A stretch of DNA of 64,000 nucleotides from an uncultured Bacteroides sp. (GTDB taxonomy: Bacteria; Bacteroidota; Bacteroidia; Bacteroidales; Bacteroidaceae), in contig OY781875.1 in assembly GCA_963677095.1 (NCBI GenBank), positions 1,189,586-1,253,585 of the forward strand. The letters run 5' to 3'. The notes under the pieces were generated by a model. That model was not told the origin of the DNA, did no database searches, and saw only the letters and a list, made by a program, of their open reading frames with translations. The position numbers were made by a program, and so were the translations under genes. Below, piece by piece: positions 20,584 through 30,916 of this stretch; position 1 is the stretch's first letter; each line of letters starts with the position of its first letter.

Positions 20584-20717
20584 ATGCATCCTTAGATTTA
20601 TCGGCATAGACTGGAAAAGACAAATATCAGGATTCGAAAACATGGAATAGATATTTTGAAATTATAGAGAAAAAAATAAATGGTTTTGAATCAATATTTC
20701 TCCCTTTCTTTTGGTAG

Positions 20718-21458
20718 CTATAATATGTCTTTATTCAATTCTTTATGAAGAGTTTCCCAATAGTTGCAAAGAGCAGGCATTGAAGGAAATAATATATTTG
20801 CTCCAGCGTCAAGTAAGACTTGGTCATTTATAGGTCCTGTATTGACCGCAATAGTGAATATGCCAGCTGCAGCACCTGCTTGTACTCCCATTGGTGCATT
20901 TTCAATCACTATAGCTTCGTTAGCTTTTAAACCTCCTTTTTCTAATGCCATCAGGTAAGGTTCCGGATTAGGCTTGCCATATTTGACATCAAATGCGGTT
21001 ACCATTAATTCTTGTTGAAACATTCCAGGGAAATTTTGACTTAATCTGTCAATTAAGGAATGCTGTCCCGATCCTGTTACGACCATAGGTTGTAGTCCAT
21101 CTTCTTTTATTTTCAGTAACACTTCCCATGCCCCAGGCATGCGTTCAGGTTCTGGATTTTTATTAAATTCAAGACTTTTTTCCTCATAAATTTTTCTGAT
21201 TAATTCAGGAGTCGCTTCCTTGTTGAATTGGCGTCGATAAACTATATTTATCGTTGAGGCTCCTGTACGTCCTTCATGCAAATAAGCTTCTTCTCGGCTG
21301 AGATGAAGTCCGTTGCGTTTCATGGCGGTATGCCACGCCTCGGCATGGTAAGGCATGGAGTTGAATAGTACGCCGTCCATGTCGAAAAGAACTGATTTTA
21401 AGTGGATTTGTGTATACCCGTGAGCCTGAAGATAACGGGTTATAGCTTTTTGAAACAT
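20718..21458 (-). CDS. HAD-superfamily phosphatase (beta-phosphoglucomutase-like)
   Basis: Motifs FDMDGVLFNS, VVTGS, GKPNPEPY and VIENAPMG. Start MFQKAIT. Confidence 0.9.
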   Translation of the reverse strand: MFQKAITRYLQAHGYTQIHLKSVLFDMDGVLFNSMPYHAEAWHTAMKRNGLHLSREEAYLHEGRTGASTINIVYRRQFNKEATPELIRKIYEEKSLEFNKNPEPERMPGAWEVLLKIKEDGLQPMVVTGSGQHSLIDRLSQNFPGMFQQELMVTAFDVKYGKPNPEPYLMALEKGGLKANEAIVIENAPMGVQAGAAAGIFTIAVNTGPINDQVLLDAGANILFPSMPALCNYWETLHKELNKDIL

Positions 21459-21582
21459 ATACCTATCGTTTTTGGCATTACAAAAGTACAATAAATAATT
21501 CGCTTTTTAATCTTATTTTCAAATGGATGTAATATTGGTAACCTTATTTTGTTCAATTAAAAATAATCTTAAATATATAACG

Positions 21583-22734
21583 ATGATAGGTCTTTTTAAT
21601 GATTGTTTTCCTCCTGTTATGGATGGTGTGTCTCTTACTACTCAGAATTATGCTTATTGGTTGAATAAAAAGACAGGGAATATATGTGTGGTTACTCCGA
21701 AGTCCCCGGGAATAAAAGATGAGACCGAGTATCCAGTTTATCGTTATTCTTCCATTCCTATTCCTATGAGAAAACCTTATCGTCTGGGATTTCCGCGTAT
21801 TGACTGGCCTTTTCATGAAAAAATAAGTAAACTTTCGTTCGACTTAGTTCATGCTCAGTGCCCTTTTTCATCGGGTAACCTGGCCATGCGTATTGCGCGG
21901 GCACAAGGAGTGCCGTTGGTAGCCACTTTTCATTCTAAATATAGATCGGACTTTGAACAGTCTATTCCGAATAAAATGCTCGTTGATTTGCTGGTGAGGA
22001 ATATTGTACGTTTTTACGAGTCGGCGGATGAAGTCTGGGTTCCGCAACCAGCAGTAGAAGAGACTTTACGCGAGTATGGTTATAAAGGTTCGGTTGAAGT
22101 AGTGGATAATGGCAGTGACTATGCCGGAAGAGAAAATATAGATGATATTCGCAGTAGTTCCCGAGAATTATTGAATATTGCTCCTAATAAATTTGTATTA
22201 CTGTTTGTAGGGCAGCATATCTGGGAAAAAAATCTTTCTTTTTTATTAGAAGCCTTGTTTTGCATACGTCATTTACCTTTTCAGATGTATTTTATAGGAA
22301 CCGGTTATGCTGAACGAGAGTTGAAGCGCATGGCGGAGAAGTTATTTCTAGGGGAGAAAGTCACATTTATCGGTTCACTCATTGATAGAAATGAGTTGGA
22401 AAAGTATTATGCTTCGGCAGATCTGTTTTTATTCCCTTCTTTGTATGATAATGCACCTTTGGTGGTGCGTGAGGCAGCGGCATTACATACCCCGTCTATA
22501 TTAATTAAAGGATCTACTTCTTCCGAAATTGTAAGAGATGGAGAAAATGGTTTCTTAACTGAATATTCGGTGGATGCATTCGCGGGAAAGATCAGCAGAT
22601 TGATGGTGGAGAGAGATTTAATTCGTAGTGTGGGCATCAAGGCTTCCCATACAATTGTCCGTTCTTGGGAAGATGTGGCGGATGAGGTATATGACAGGTA
22701 TCTGAACTTGATGACAAGAAAATTATGTTTATAA
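21583..22734 (+). CDS. Glycosyltransferase family 4 (diacylglycerol glucosyltransferase-like)
   Basis: Motifs FNDCFPPVMDGV, VHAQCPF, TFHSKY and FPSLYDNAPLVVREA. Start ATG at 21583. Confidence 0.85.
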   Translation: MIGLFNDCFPPVMDGVSLTTQNYAYWLNKKTGNICVVTPKSPGIKDETEYPVYRYSSIPIPMRKPYRLGFPRIDWPFHEKISKLSFDLVHAQCPFSSGNLAMRIARAQGVPLVATFHSKYRSDFEQSIPNKMLVDLLVRNIVRFYESADEVWVPQPAVEETLREYGYKGSVEVVDNGSDYAGRENIDDIRSSSRELLNIAPNKFVLLFVGQHIWEKNLSFLLEALFCIRHLPFQMYFIGTGYAERELKRMAEKLFLGEKVTFIGSLIDRNELEKYYASADLFLFPSLYDNAPLVVREAAALHTPSILIKGSTSSEIVRDGENGFLTEYSVDAFAGKISRLMVERDLIRSVGIKASHTIVRSWEDVADEVYDRYLNLMTRKLCL

Positions 22735-23753
22735 GGCTCTCGAAGGTATCACTTTTTGTGGCAACTCCTATTATTATAGGTCTTTCCGTTGTGTCTTGGC
22801 TTTTTTACAGAGAATTCAATGCCGAGATGTTTACCCGTATACACTTTTCGAGACATTTGCTGGTTGGCCTTATTTTTGCTTTTTTATTAATTGCAGGGCG
22901 GGATGGCGGTCAAATGTGGCGCTTCCGTATTCTGTCCGATAAGGAATTAAGTTGGCAGCAAACTTTCCGAGTGAATATGCTGTGCGAATTTACATCAGCG
23001 GTAACACCTGCAGCGGTTGGAGGTAGCAGTTTGATTGTTCTGTTTCTGAAGCGTGAAGGTATTTCCGCGGGAAAAGGCGTTGCCTTAATGATGGCCTGTT
23101 TGCTGTTAGATGAGCTTTTTCTTGTATTAGCTTATCCGTTGATGTTATTATTTGTGCCTTTCAATGAATTATTTCCTTCCGGCGCAGCCTTTACTTCAGG
23201 AATGCAGATATTTTTCGGAGCTGGCTATTTGTGTATTGTACTATGGACATGGATACTTTTTTATGCATTATTTAGAAGGCCGGACTATATTAGGAAAATG
23301 CTATTAAAATTGTTTTGTATTGCTTTGCTGACACGATGGAAAAAACAGATAGAAGAATTGGCGGATAATATGGTGGCAAGTTCTCAAGAGCTTGGTAACC
23401 GTTCTTTCTCTTTTTGGCTGAAAGCCTTTGGGGTAACATGCATTTCATGGACTTCCCGTTATATGGTAGTCATTGCACTCCTCATCGCTTTTGCTTCCAA
23501 TGGTGAATATTTAGTGGCTTTTGCCAGGCAGCTGGTTTTATGGATATTTATGTTGGCTACTCCAACACCCGGAGGAAGTGGAGTTGCGGAATATATGTTT
23601 AATGTTTATTATGCTAATTTTTTTTCTGTTGCCGGAATGTCTTTAGCAGTCGCTTTTGTCTGGAGAGTGATCACTTATTACGTGTATCTGATATTCGGCG
23701 TAATTCTTTTCCCCAATTGGGTGGGTTATCTAGGTTCTGTACGGAAAGGATGA
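22725..23753 (+). CDS. Lysylphosphatidylglycerol-synthase TM-region (flippase-like, YbhN/AglD2) membrane protein
   Basis: Motifs SAVTPAAVGG, PTPGGSGVAE and WRVITYY. Multi-pass hydrophobic. Overlaps the GT4 stop by 10 nt. Confidence 0.85.
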   Translation: MFIRLSKVSLFVATPIIIGLSVVSWLFYREFNAEMFTRIHFSRHLLVGLIFAFLLIAGRDGGQMWRFRILSDKELSWQQTFRVNMLCEFTSAVTPAAVGGSSLIVLFLKREGISAGKGVALMMACLLLDELFLVLAYPLMLLFVPFNELFPSGAAFTSGMQIFFGAGYLCIVLWTWILFYALFRRPDYIRKMLLKLFCIALLTRWKKQIEELADNMVASSQELGNRSFSFWLKAFGVTCISWTSRYMVVIALLIAFASNGEYLVAFARQLVLWIFMLATPTPGGSGVAEYMFNVYYANFFSVAGMSLAVAFVWRVITYYVYLIFGVILFPNWVGYLGSVRKG

Positions 23754-23774
23754 CATCTACTATAAGCAAAAAGA

Positions 23775-23806
23775 ATAAGGGTTGTCCGGTTTGGGGCAAC
23801 CCTTAT
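23775..23806. terminator. Terminator between the flippase-like gene and pgi (convergent)
   Basis: ATAAGGGTTGTCC / GGGGCAACCCTTAT hairpin. Confidence 0.65.
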
Positions 23807-23884
23807 ATATTCGTGTTTACGTAAAACACTTCTTATCTAAATGTGCATGAGCGCAGATATTTATGCAAAAGTGTATAGACTTTA

Positions 23885-25228
23885 TTATAATCTTGCTTGG
23901 ATAGCTTTTGATTCAGCTTCGTATCCCGGCTTATTCAAAAGTGCAAACATGTTTTTCTTATATGCTTCAACACCCGGCTGATTGAAAGGATTTACACCTA
24001 GTAAATAGCCACTGATGCCACAACCTATTTCAAAGAAGTATAACAGTTGACCAATATTATATTCATCAAGCGAAGGTATTACAATTCGGATGTTAGGAAC
24101 TCCACCATCAACATGTGCCAATTGTGTTCCCAATTCAGCCATCTTGTTTACTTCATCCACGCGTTTCCCTGCAAGGAAGTTCAATCCGTCAAGATTTGCT
24201 TCATCCGAAGGTACTTCCATTTTGTGGTTTACTTTATCAACAGAAATCACGGTTTCAAAGATGCTGCGTTCACCTTCCTGAATCCATTGACCCATTGAAT
24301 GCAAATCTGTTGAGAAATCAACAGCTGCCGGGAAAATACCTTTGTGTTCTTTACCTTCCGATTCACCGTAGAGTTGTTTCCACCATTCACTTACATAGTG
24401 TAGCTTGGGACAAAAGTTAGCTAGAATTTCTATTTTCTTGCCTCTTTTGTATAGTTCATTACGAGTGGCTGCATATTGTGCTGCAGGATTTTGTGCAAAC
24501 GGAATGTCTACTCCACAAGCTTTTTCCATATCGGTGGCACCAATAACGAGCTTTTCAATATCAAATCCGGCCACAGCAATTGGGAGTAATCCTACAGGAG
24601 TGAGAACAGAAAAGCGACCTCCGACATTATCAGGAATTATAAAAGACTTATATCCTTCTTTGTCGGCAGTTACGCGGGCTGCACCTTTTTGGGCATCGGT
24701 GATGGCAACAATAACTTTCTTTGCCGTATCTTTGCCACGTTGATCTTCACATTGTTTTTTTAGTAAGCGGAAAGCCAAGGCTGTTTCTGTAGTAGTACCT
24801 GATTTGGATATATTGATAACACCAAATTTCTTATCCTTAAGAAACTCGGTAAGCTCATGCAGATAATCTTCACTTATGTTGTGTCCGGCATATATGATGA
24901 CTGGAGCTGTTTTCTTGTCTTGTAACCAAGTAAAGCTGTTGGATAGTGCTTCGATTACGGCCCGGGCGCCAAGGTAACTACCACCGATGCCGGCAACGAT
25001 AACAACTTCGCAATTTTCGCGAAGAGTCTGCGCCGTAGCTTTCAGATCGGCAAGATGCTCTTTGCTAATAGAGGAGGGGAGGTGGAGCCAGCCTAAAAAG
25101 TCGCTACCTTTCCCTGTGCCTTTTTCCAATGCTTCCTGCGCGGCCTTTACTTGGACCTCGTAAGCGGCAACAGACGCTTTGGATATAAATCCAAAGGTTT
25201 TTTCAATGTTTAAACTAATCATATCCAT
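23885..25228 (-). CDS. pgi: Glucose-6-phosphate isomerase
   Basis: Motifs [29 protein letters not shown] and [13 protein letters not shown] at 25222 is an alternative start. Confidence 0.97.
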   Translation of the reverse strand: MDMISLNIEKTFGFISKASVAAYEVQVKAAQEALEKGTGKGSDFLGWLHLPSSISKEHLADLKATAQTLRENCEVVIVAGIGGSYLGARAVIEALSNSFTWLQDKKTAPVIIYAGHNISEDYLHELTEFLKDKKFGVINISKSGTTTETALAFRLLKKQCEDQRGKDTAKKVIVAITDAQKGAARVTADKEGYKSFIIPDNVGGRFSVLTPVGLLPIAVAGFDIEKLVIGATDMEKACGVDIPFAQNPAAQYAATRNELYKRGKKIEILANFCPKLHYVSEWWKQLYGESEGKEHKGIFPAAVDFSTDLHSMGQWIQEGERSIFETVISVDKVNHKMEVPSDEANLDGLNFLAGKRVDEVNKMAELGTQLAHVDGGVPNIRIVIPSLDEYNIGQLLYFFEIGCGISGYLLGVNPFNQPGVEAYKKNMFALLNKPGYEAESKAIQARL

Positions 25229-25264
25229 TATTTATTTAAAGGTTAAAGAGTCTTAGAGATTACA

Positions 25265-26260
25265 TTATCTGAGTGAATCAGTCAATAGCTTTATCTCAAT
25301 CATTGGAGAGATGCGCTCGTATAGAATATTGTATACGGCATCCAATATAGGCATGTTGACATGGTAGTGTTTGTTTATTTCTTTGATACATTTTGTCCCA
25401 TAGTATCCTTCAGCTATCATTTCCATTTCTATTTGTGCGCTTTTTACGGAGTAGCCTTTACCTATCATGGTTCCAAATGTGCGATTACGGCTAAAGTTGG
25501 AATACCCGGTTACGAGCAAATCCCCCAGGTATACCGAATCATTCACATTGCGGTCTAATGGGTGGACGGTCTGAAGAAAGCGGTTCATTTCTTGCACGGC
25601 ATTTGAAATCAGTACAGCCTGAAAGTTATCGCCATATTTTAAACCGCTACATATACCTGCTCCAATAGCGTATACATTTTTCAAAACAGAACAATATTCA
25701 ATGCCAGCCACATCATTACTAACGGAGGTTTTAATAAACGAGCTGGCTAAACTTCGTGCTACGGCACAAGCTTTATCCGTATCAGGACACGCAATTGTTA
25801 AGTATGAAAGCCGTTCCAAAGCAACTTCTTCTGCATGGCACGGCCCTGCTAGTACGGCAATGTTTTCTGGAGGAACATTATATTCCTTGGTGAAGTAATC
25901 CGATACAATCAGATTGTCATCGGGTACAATGCCTTTGATTGCCGTAATGATGAATTTATCCTTTATTTTTGTTTTAAGTTTTTTCAGGTGTGACTTTAAA
26001 TAAGGGGATGGAGTCACGAAAATTAGCGTATCTGACTCTTTTACAACATCATTAATATTGGAGCTGAAGTTGATACGCTTCAGATCAAACTTGACACTGG
26101 TTAAGTATGCCGGATTATGCCCCAGCCTCTTAAAATCGGATATACGGTCTTCACGACGCATATACCAATTTATTGAATCGGCCTGGGCTAACACCATTTT
26201 TGCAATGGCAGTTGCCCAGCTTCCTCCCCCCATTATGGCTATCTTTCCGGGTAATTTCAT
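25265..26260 (-). CDS. gpsA: NAD(P)H-dependent glycerol-3-phosphate dehydrogenase
   Basis: Motifs GGGSWATA, GPCHAEE, LKNVYAI, GDLLVT and SRNRTFG. Its ATG overlaps the lysS stop (TGATG). Confidence 0.95.
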   Translation of the reverse strand: MKLPGKIAIMGGGSWATAIAKMVLAQADSINWYMRREDRISDFKRLGHNPAYLTSVKFDLKRINFSSNINDVVKESDTLIFVTPSPYLKSHLKKLKTKIKDKFIITAIKGIVPDDNLIVSDYFTKEYNVPPENIAVLAGPCHAEEVALERLSYLTIACPDTDKACAVARSLASSFIKTSVSNDVAGIEYCSVLKNVYAIGAGICSGLKYGDNFQAVLISNAVQEMNRFLQTVHPLDRNVNDSVYLGDLLVTGYSNFSRNRTFGTMIGKGYSVKSAQIEMEMIAEGYYGTKCIKEINKHYHVNMPILDAVYNILYERISPMIEIKLLTDSLR

Positions 26261-27987
26261 CAGTTAATTTTCTCTATCCAACTCGCAACATCATTCACGG
26301 TAGGGTTGTTCAGTTCCAATTTATATTTCTTATTAATACCACAAATATCCATATGGAGCTTTTGTGGATTTACATTTTTCATGTCTTCCACAGTGTTATA
26401 ACCTGCTTTCTGAATAACAGGTACCCATGCGCCGTCAATGCCCAATTCGGTGTATTTTGCAACAGGGTCTTTCTTTATTGTTTTTTCAGGACGCATCTGC
26501 GGGAAAAATAGAACTTCCTGAATTGTTGTCTGGCTGGTCATTAACATCACAAGACGATCCATACCAATACCCATGCCCGAAGTTGGAGGCATTCCATATT
26601 CCAAAGCACGTACAAAATCCATATCAATAAACATCGCTTCGTCATCTCCCTTTTCACTTAAGCGGAGTTGATCTTGGAAGCGCTCAAGCTGATCAATCGG
26701 GTCATTTAACTCGGAATATGCATTTGCAAGCTCTTTACCGTTGACCATGAGTTCAAAGCGTTCCGTTAGATTCGGGTTACTACGGTGGCGTTTGCATAGT
26801 GGTGACATTTCAATAGGGTAGTCTGTTATAAATGTAGGCTGTATGTAGTTACCTTCGCAAAACTCGCCGAAGATTTCGTCAATCAATTTGCCTTTGCCCA
26901 TTGTTTCATCTATTTCCATCTTCAATTTTTTGCAAACTTCCCGGATTTCATTCTCATCCATGTTATTGAGGTCATATCCGGTGAATTCCTTGATAGAATC
27001 GAGCATAGTGATACGTTTGTACGGAGTCTTGAAGTTGATTACATTGTCACCCACTTTCAATTCGGTAGTTCCGTTCACATCCAGACAAATCTTTTCGATC
27101 ATATTTTCAGTGAAAGTCATCATCCATTTGTAATCTTTATAAGAGACATAGATCTCCATGCATGTGAATTCCGGGTTATGTGTACGGTCCATGCCTTCGT
27201 TACGGAAGTTTTTGGAGAATTCATACACTCCTTCAAATCCGCCTACAATCAGACGTTTTAGATACAATTCATCTGCAATACGTAAATACAGGGGAATATC
27301 CAATGCGTTATGATGTGTGATAAAGGGACGTGCGGAAGCTCCGCCCGGAATGGATTGTAATATAGGAGTCTCTACTTCCAGATAGCCGCGAACATTAAAA
27401 TATTCTCGCATGGAACTATATACTTTGGTGCGTTTAATGAAGATTTCTTTGACGCCATCGTTCACAGCAAGATCTACATACCGTTGACGATAGCGCATTT
27501 CGGGGTCTTCAAAAGAGTCGTATACTTCCCCATCTTTATATTTTACAGTAGGTAACGGCTTAATGGATTTTGAAAGAACGCACAGTTTTTTGGCGTGAAC
27601 ACTGATTTCTCCCATCTGAGTGCGGAATACAAATCCTTCTATCCCTATGAAATCGCCGAGGTCAAGCAAACGCTTGAAAACTGTGTTATAAAGTTCTTTG
27701 TCTTCTTCCGGACAGATATCATCACGGGTGATGTATACTTGGATACGTCCTTTGGAATCTTGTAATTCAATAAATGAAGCTTTACCCATTACACGGCGGC
27801 TCATTATGCGACCGGCAATAGATACCTGGCGAGGCTTAGCATCATCTTTGAATTCGTTTTTTATATCGATGGAGAAAGCATTGGTTACATATTCTGCTGC
27901 CGGATAGGGCTCTATATCCATTGCGCGGAGTTCATTCATGCTATTGCGTCGAATGATCTCTTGTTCACTAAGTTCTAATACATTCAT
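26260..27987 (-). CDS. lysS: Lysine--tRNA ligase (class II)
   Basis: Motifs YRQRYVDL, LYLRIADELY, FRNEG, HNPEFT, ERFEL and GMGIGMDR. Start MNVLELSEQ. Confidence 0.98.
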   Translation of the reverse strand: MNVLELSEQEIIRRNSMNELRAMDIEPYPAAEYVTNAFSIDIKNEFKDDAKPRQVSIAGRIMSRRVMGKASFIELQDSKGRIQVYITRDDICPEEDKELYNTVFKRLLDLGDFIGIEGFVFRTQMGEISVHAKKLCVLSKSIKPLPTVKYKDGEVYDSFEDPEMRYRQRYVDLAVNDGVKEIFIKRTKVYSSMREYFNVRGYLEVETPILQSIPGGASARPFITHHNALDIPLYLRIADELYLKRLIVGGFEGVYEFSKNFRNEGMDRTHNPEFTCMEIYVSYKDYKWMMTFTENMIEKICLDVNGTTELKVGDNVINFKTPYKRITMLDSIKEFTGYDLNNMDENEIREVCKKLKMEIDETMGKGKLIDEIFGEFCEGNYIQPTFITDYPIEMSPLCKRHRSNPNLTERFELMVNGKELANAYSELNDPIDQLERFQDQLRLSEKGDDEAMFIDMDFVRALEYGMPPTSGMGIGMDRLVMLMTSQTTIQEVLFFPQMRPEKTIKKDPVAKYTELGIDGAWVPVIQKAGYNTVEDMKNVNPQKLHMDICGINKKYKLELNNPTVNDVASWIEKIN

Positions 27988-28153
27988 TTTGTTGTACATT
28001 AACACAATTTGGGGCAAAAATACGAAACATTTTCCATATTATGGCACGTTATACGTTAGATTTGGAAAAGTTTAGAAAGGAATTAACTCCCTTTTTCTTG
28101 CTTATGCTATATATTGTTTATTTTTGTTCTCTGTTACCAAAATCATCGGAACT

Positions 28154-28780
28154 ATGAATAAGAAGTACGTTGTAAATATTGGGCGTCAGCTCGGAAGCGG
28201 CGGGCGGGAGATCGGTGAAAAACTAGCGGCTCGTTTGGGTATTGATTTTTATGATAAAGAATTAATAACGTTGGCATCTGAAAGGAGTGGCTTGTGTCGC
28301 GAATTTTTCGAAAAGGCAGATGAGCAGACTTCCGGTTCTGTTTTTGCAAGTTTATTTGGAGGCCGTTTTTCTTTTGTTACGGAAGGGGCAATTCCTGCTG
28401 CTAACTATTTGAGCAATGATGCACTTTTTAAAGTGCAAAGTGATGTAATTCGGCAATTGGCTGCAGAGAAGTCCTGTCTTTTTGTCGGACGTTGCGCTGA
28501 TTATATTTTACGCGATCATCCATATTGCGTGAATATTTTCATTTCGGCTTCACGTGAAGATCGTATCAATCGTATTAGCAAGCAGTATAACATTAGTCGG
28601 GAAGAGGCTGCAAACCGAATTGATAGAATGGATAAAAAACGTTCCTCCTACTACAACTATTATAGTTCTAAAATTTGGGGGGCTGCTTCTACCTACCATC
28701 TCTGTGTGGATTCGTCTAAACTTGGTGTAGAGAAAACAATTGATTTCATAGAGATGTATGTGAAAGCGGTTATTTCTTAA
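28154..28780 (+). CDS. Cytidylate kinase-like family protein
   Basis: Motifs IGRQLGSGGREIG, FYDKE, VGRCADYIL and YHLCVDSS. Confidence 0.85.
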   Translation: MNKKYVVNIGRQLGSGGREIGEKLAARLGIDFYDKELITLASERSGLCREFFEKADEQTSGSVFASLFGGRFSFVTEGAIPAANYLSNDALFKVQSDVIRQLAAEKSCLFVGRCADYILRDHPYCVNIFISASREDRINRISKQYNISREEAANRIDRMDKKRSSYYNYYSSKIWGAASTYHLCVDSSKLGVEKTIDFIEMYVKAVIS

Positions 28781-28928
28781 TTAAAGAAATACGGATCATT
28801 ATATATGGATCTACCGGAATGCTTTTCCAGAAAATAAAAATCCTCCTTGCCGTTAAAGCAACAGCAAAGAGGATTGAATATGAAGAAAAAAAGCTATGGA
28901 AAAATAATATGATGTTCCGTTGAACAAC

Positions 28929-30593
28929 TTACATCATTAATAATAAGATCATTTGCCCTGCGAGTATGCGTAGGAACATTGTTAATGGGTATACTGTAGA
29001 ATAACCTACTGAGGGTGCATCGTTTCCCGCAGCTTGATTAGCATAAGCCAATGCTGGGGGATCGGTACAACTTCCGGCAATTAATCCCATCAATGTGAAA
29101 TAATTCACTTTAAAGTAGAGGCGTGCGACGATTCCGATAATAAGTAAAGGCACGACCGTGATAAGGAATCCATAACCTACATACATCAATCCATCACCTT
29201 CGACTACTGTTTGCAGAAAATGTTCACCGGCCTCGATACCTACACTCGCTAAGAATAAGACTATACCGATTTCGCGAAGCATTAAGTTAGCACTCATGGT
29301 GGTATAAGTAACGAGTCTCAGCTTATGTCCAAATCGTCCGATTAAGATAGCTACAACAAGTGGGCCTCCGGCCAATCCCAATTTAACAGGAGTTGGAATG
29401 CCTGGAAAAGCTATCGGCAGGCTTCCCAATAGAATACCTAAGAAAATTCCGATAAATATGGTTACGATATTTGGTGCGTCCAGACGTTTGAGTGAGTTTC
29501 CTAAAACATTAGCTACACGTTCAACGGCATCTTCTTGTCCTACCACCATTACGCGGTCTCCAACTTGAAGAATGAGGTTGGGATCTGCAAAAAGATCCAT
29601 GCCGGAGCGGTTTACACGTGTTATATTAACACCATATAGATTGCGGAAATGCATGCTTCCCAATTTCTTTCCGTTGATTTCAGATTTTGTAATTAGGATG
29701 CGTCTTGATACCATAGGCATATCTTGCTTTTCCCAATCCACCTCCACTTCCTTTCCGATAAAGGCTGAGATCGCTTCGGCATCTTCTTCCGTACATACAA
29801 TAAATAACTGGTCTCCAATGTGAAAGACCGTATTTTCATCCGGTATACTGACATGTCCTTCATGCCGGGTACGGGAACAAACAAATGGACGCCCTAAAAA
29901 CTCTTTTAGTTGGGTCATTGTTTTTCCGGAGATTGATTCATTGCGTACTTCCAACTGTAATAAGTGGGGTTTATGTTTTAAATCATTTTCCTGATTTTGC
30001 AACTCATTTTCTTCTTTTGATAAATTTATTCTGAAGATGTAGCGGATAGCTATTATCGAACCAATGATTCCTACCACCCCTAATGGGTATGCACATGCAT
30101 AACCCAATGCGATGGGGTCACCTGTATAGTGTAGTTGGTTTAATGCTTCCTGGGCAGCTCCCAAACCCGGAGTGTTGGTTACAGCTCCATAAAGAATACC
30201 CACCATCATTGGTAACTGAATTTGCCCTCCTAAAATAAAATAGATAGCGAGAGCCATGGCTATATTCAGCAATACAATTCCGACAGCAAGCAAATTAAGT
30301 CTCATTCCACCTTTCTTGAAAGAAGAGAAAAAAGACGGACCGACTTGCAGACCGATGCAAAAGACAAAGAGGATTAATCCGAATTCACGTATGAAATGTA
30401 AAATTTGACTTTCACCGGTAAAGCCAAAATGTCCCATTAATATTCCGGTGAAAAGAACAAAGGTAACTCCTAAAGAAATTCCAAAAATTTTAATTTTTCC
30501 AAGTAGTACGCCTATTGAAATAACGAATGCGTACAAGCATACAATGTGGGCGACAGAAGAAGGATCCCACAGCAATGTCTCAATCCAATCCAT
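28929..30593 (-). CDS. AspT/YidE/YbjL-type transporter with two TrkA-C domains
   Basis: Duplicated TM blocks ([20 protein letters not shown]) flanking soluble TrkA-C repeats. Confidence 0.88.
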   Translation of the reverse strand: MDWIETLLWDPSSVAHIVCLYAFVISIGVLLGKIKIFGISLGVTFVLFTGILMGHFGFTGESQILHFIREFGLILFVFCIGLQVGPSFFSSFKKGGMRLNLLAVGIVLLNIAMALAIYFILGGQIQLPMMVGILYGAVTNTPGLGAAQEALNQLHYTGDPIALGYACAYPLGVVGIIGSIIAIRYIFRINLSKEENELQNQENDLKHKPHLLQLEVRNESISGKTMTQLKEFLGRPFVCSRTRHEGHVSIPDENTVFHIGDQLFIVCTEEDAEAISAFIGKEVEVDWEKQDMPMVSRRILITKSEINGKKLGSMHFRNLYGVNITRVNRSGMDLFADPNLILQVGDRVMVVGQEDAVERVANVLGNSLKRLDAPNIVTIFIGIFLGILLGSLPIAFPGIPTPVKLGLAGGPLVVAILIGRFGHKLRLVTYTTMSANLMLREIGIVLFLASVGIEAGEHFLQTVVEGDGLMYVGYGFLITVVPLLIIGIVARLYFKVNYFTLMGLIAGSCTDPPALAYANQAAGNDAPSVGYSTVYPLTMFLRILAGQMILLLMM

Positions 30594-30841
30594 AGATTAT
30601 TTGTATATTTATTTTGATTTATTGCTAAAAAGTCACGCAAAGTTAGTTAATCAACGGAAGTCGACAAAAGGTTTGGAGAATTATTTATTATTTAATGTGC
30701 CATAAATTTTATTAGAAATGAATTAAATATTTGATGTTAAGCTTTTGTTTCACTTTGTTATGTACGCCATAATGTGTTTACATCTATACCTGATTATGTT
30801 TGATTTTTCCTTTGAAAAACTTGTTATTAATGCTAATTGAG

Positions 30842-30849
30842 TATATTTG
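30842..30849 (+). promoter_or_regulatory. -7 promoter box for mutAB
   Basis: TATATTTG about 68 nt upstream of mutA. Confidence 0.55.
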
Positions 30850-30916
30850 CAGGTCTTATTCAAATAAATGGATGGGCGTATTAGACAACTATTATCTTTT
30901 TAATTTTAAATAAACT

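Noticed and set aside
19843-20717. Intact genomic island or prophage at tRNA-Arg
   Set aside because: There is no integrase and no duplicated tRNA 3' end (att). Only two gene remnants are present, reported separately.
30594-30916. Cobalamin riboswitch before the B12-dependent genes mutAB or nrdJ
   Set aside because: Both upstream regions are AT-rich and show no B12-box or GGGAA core.
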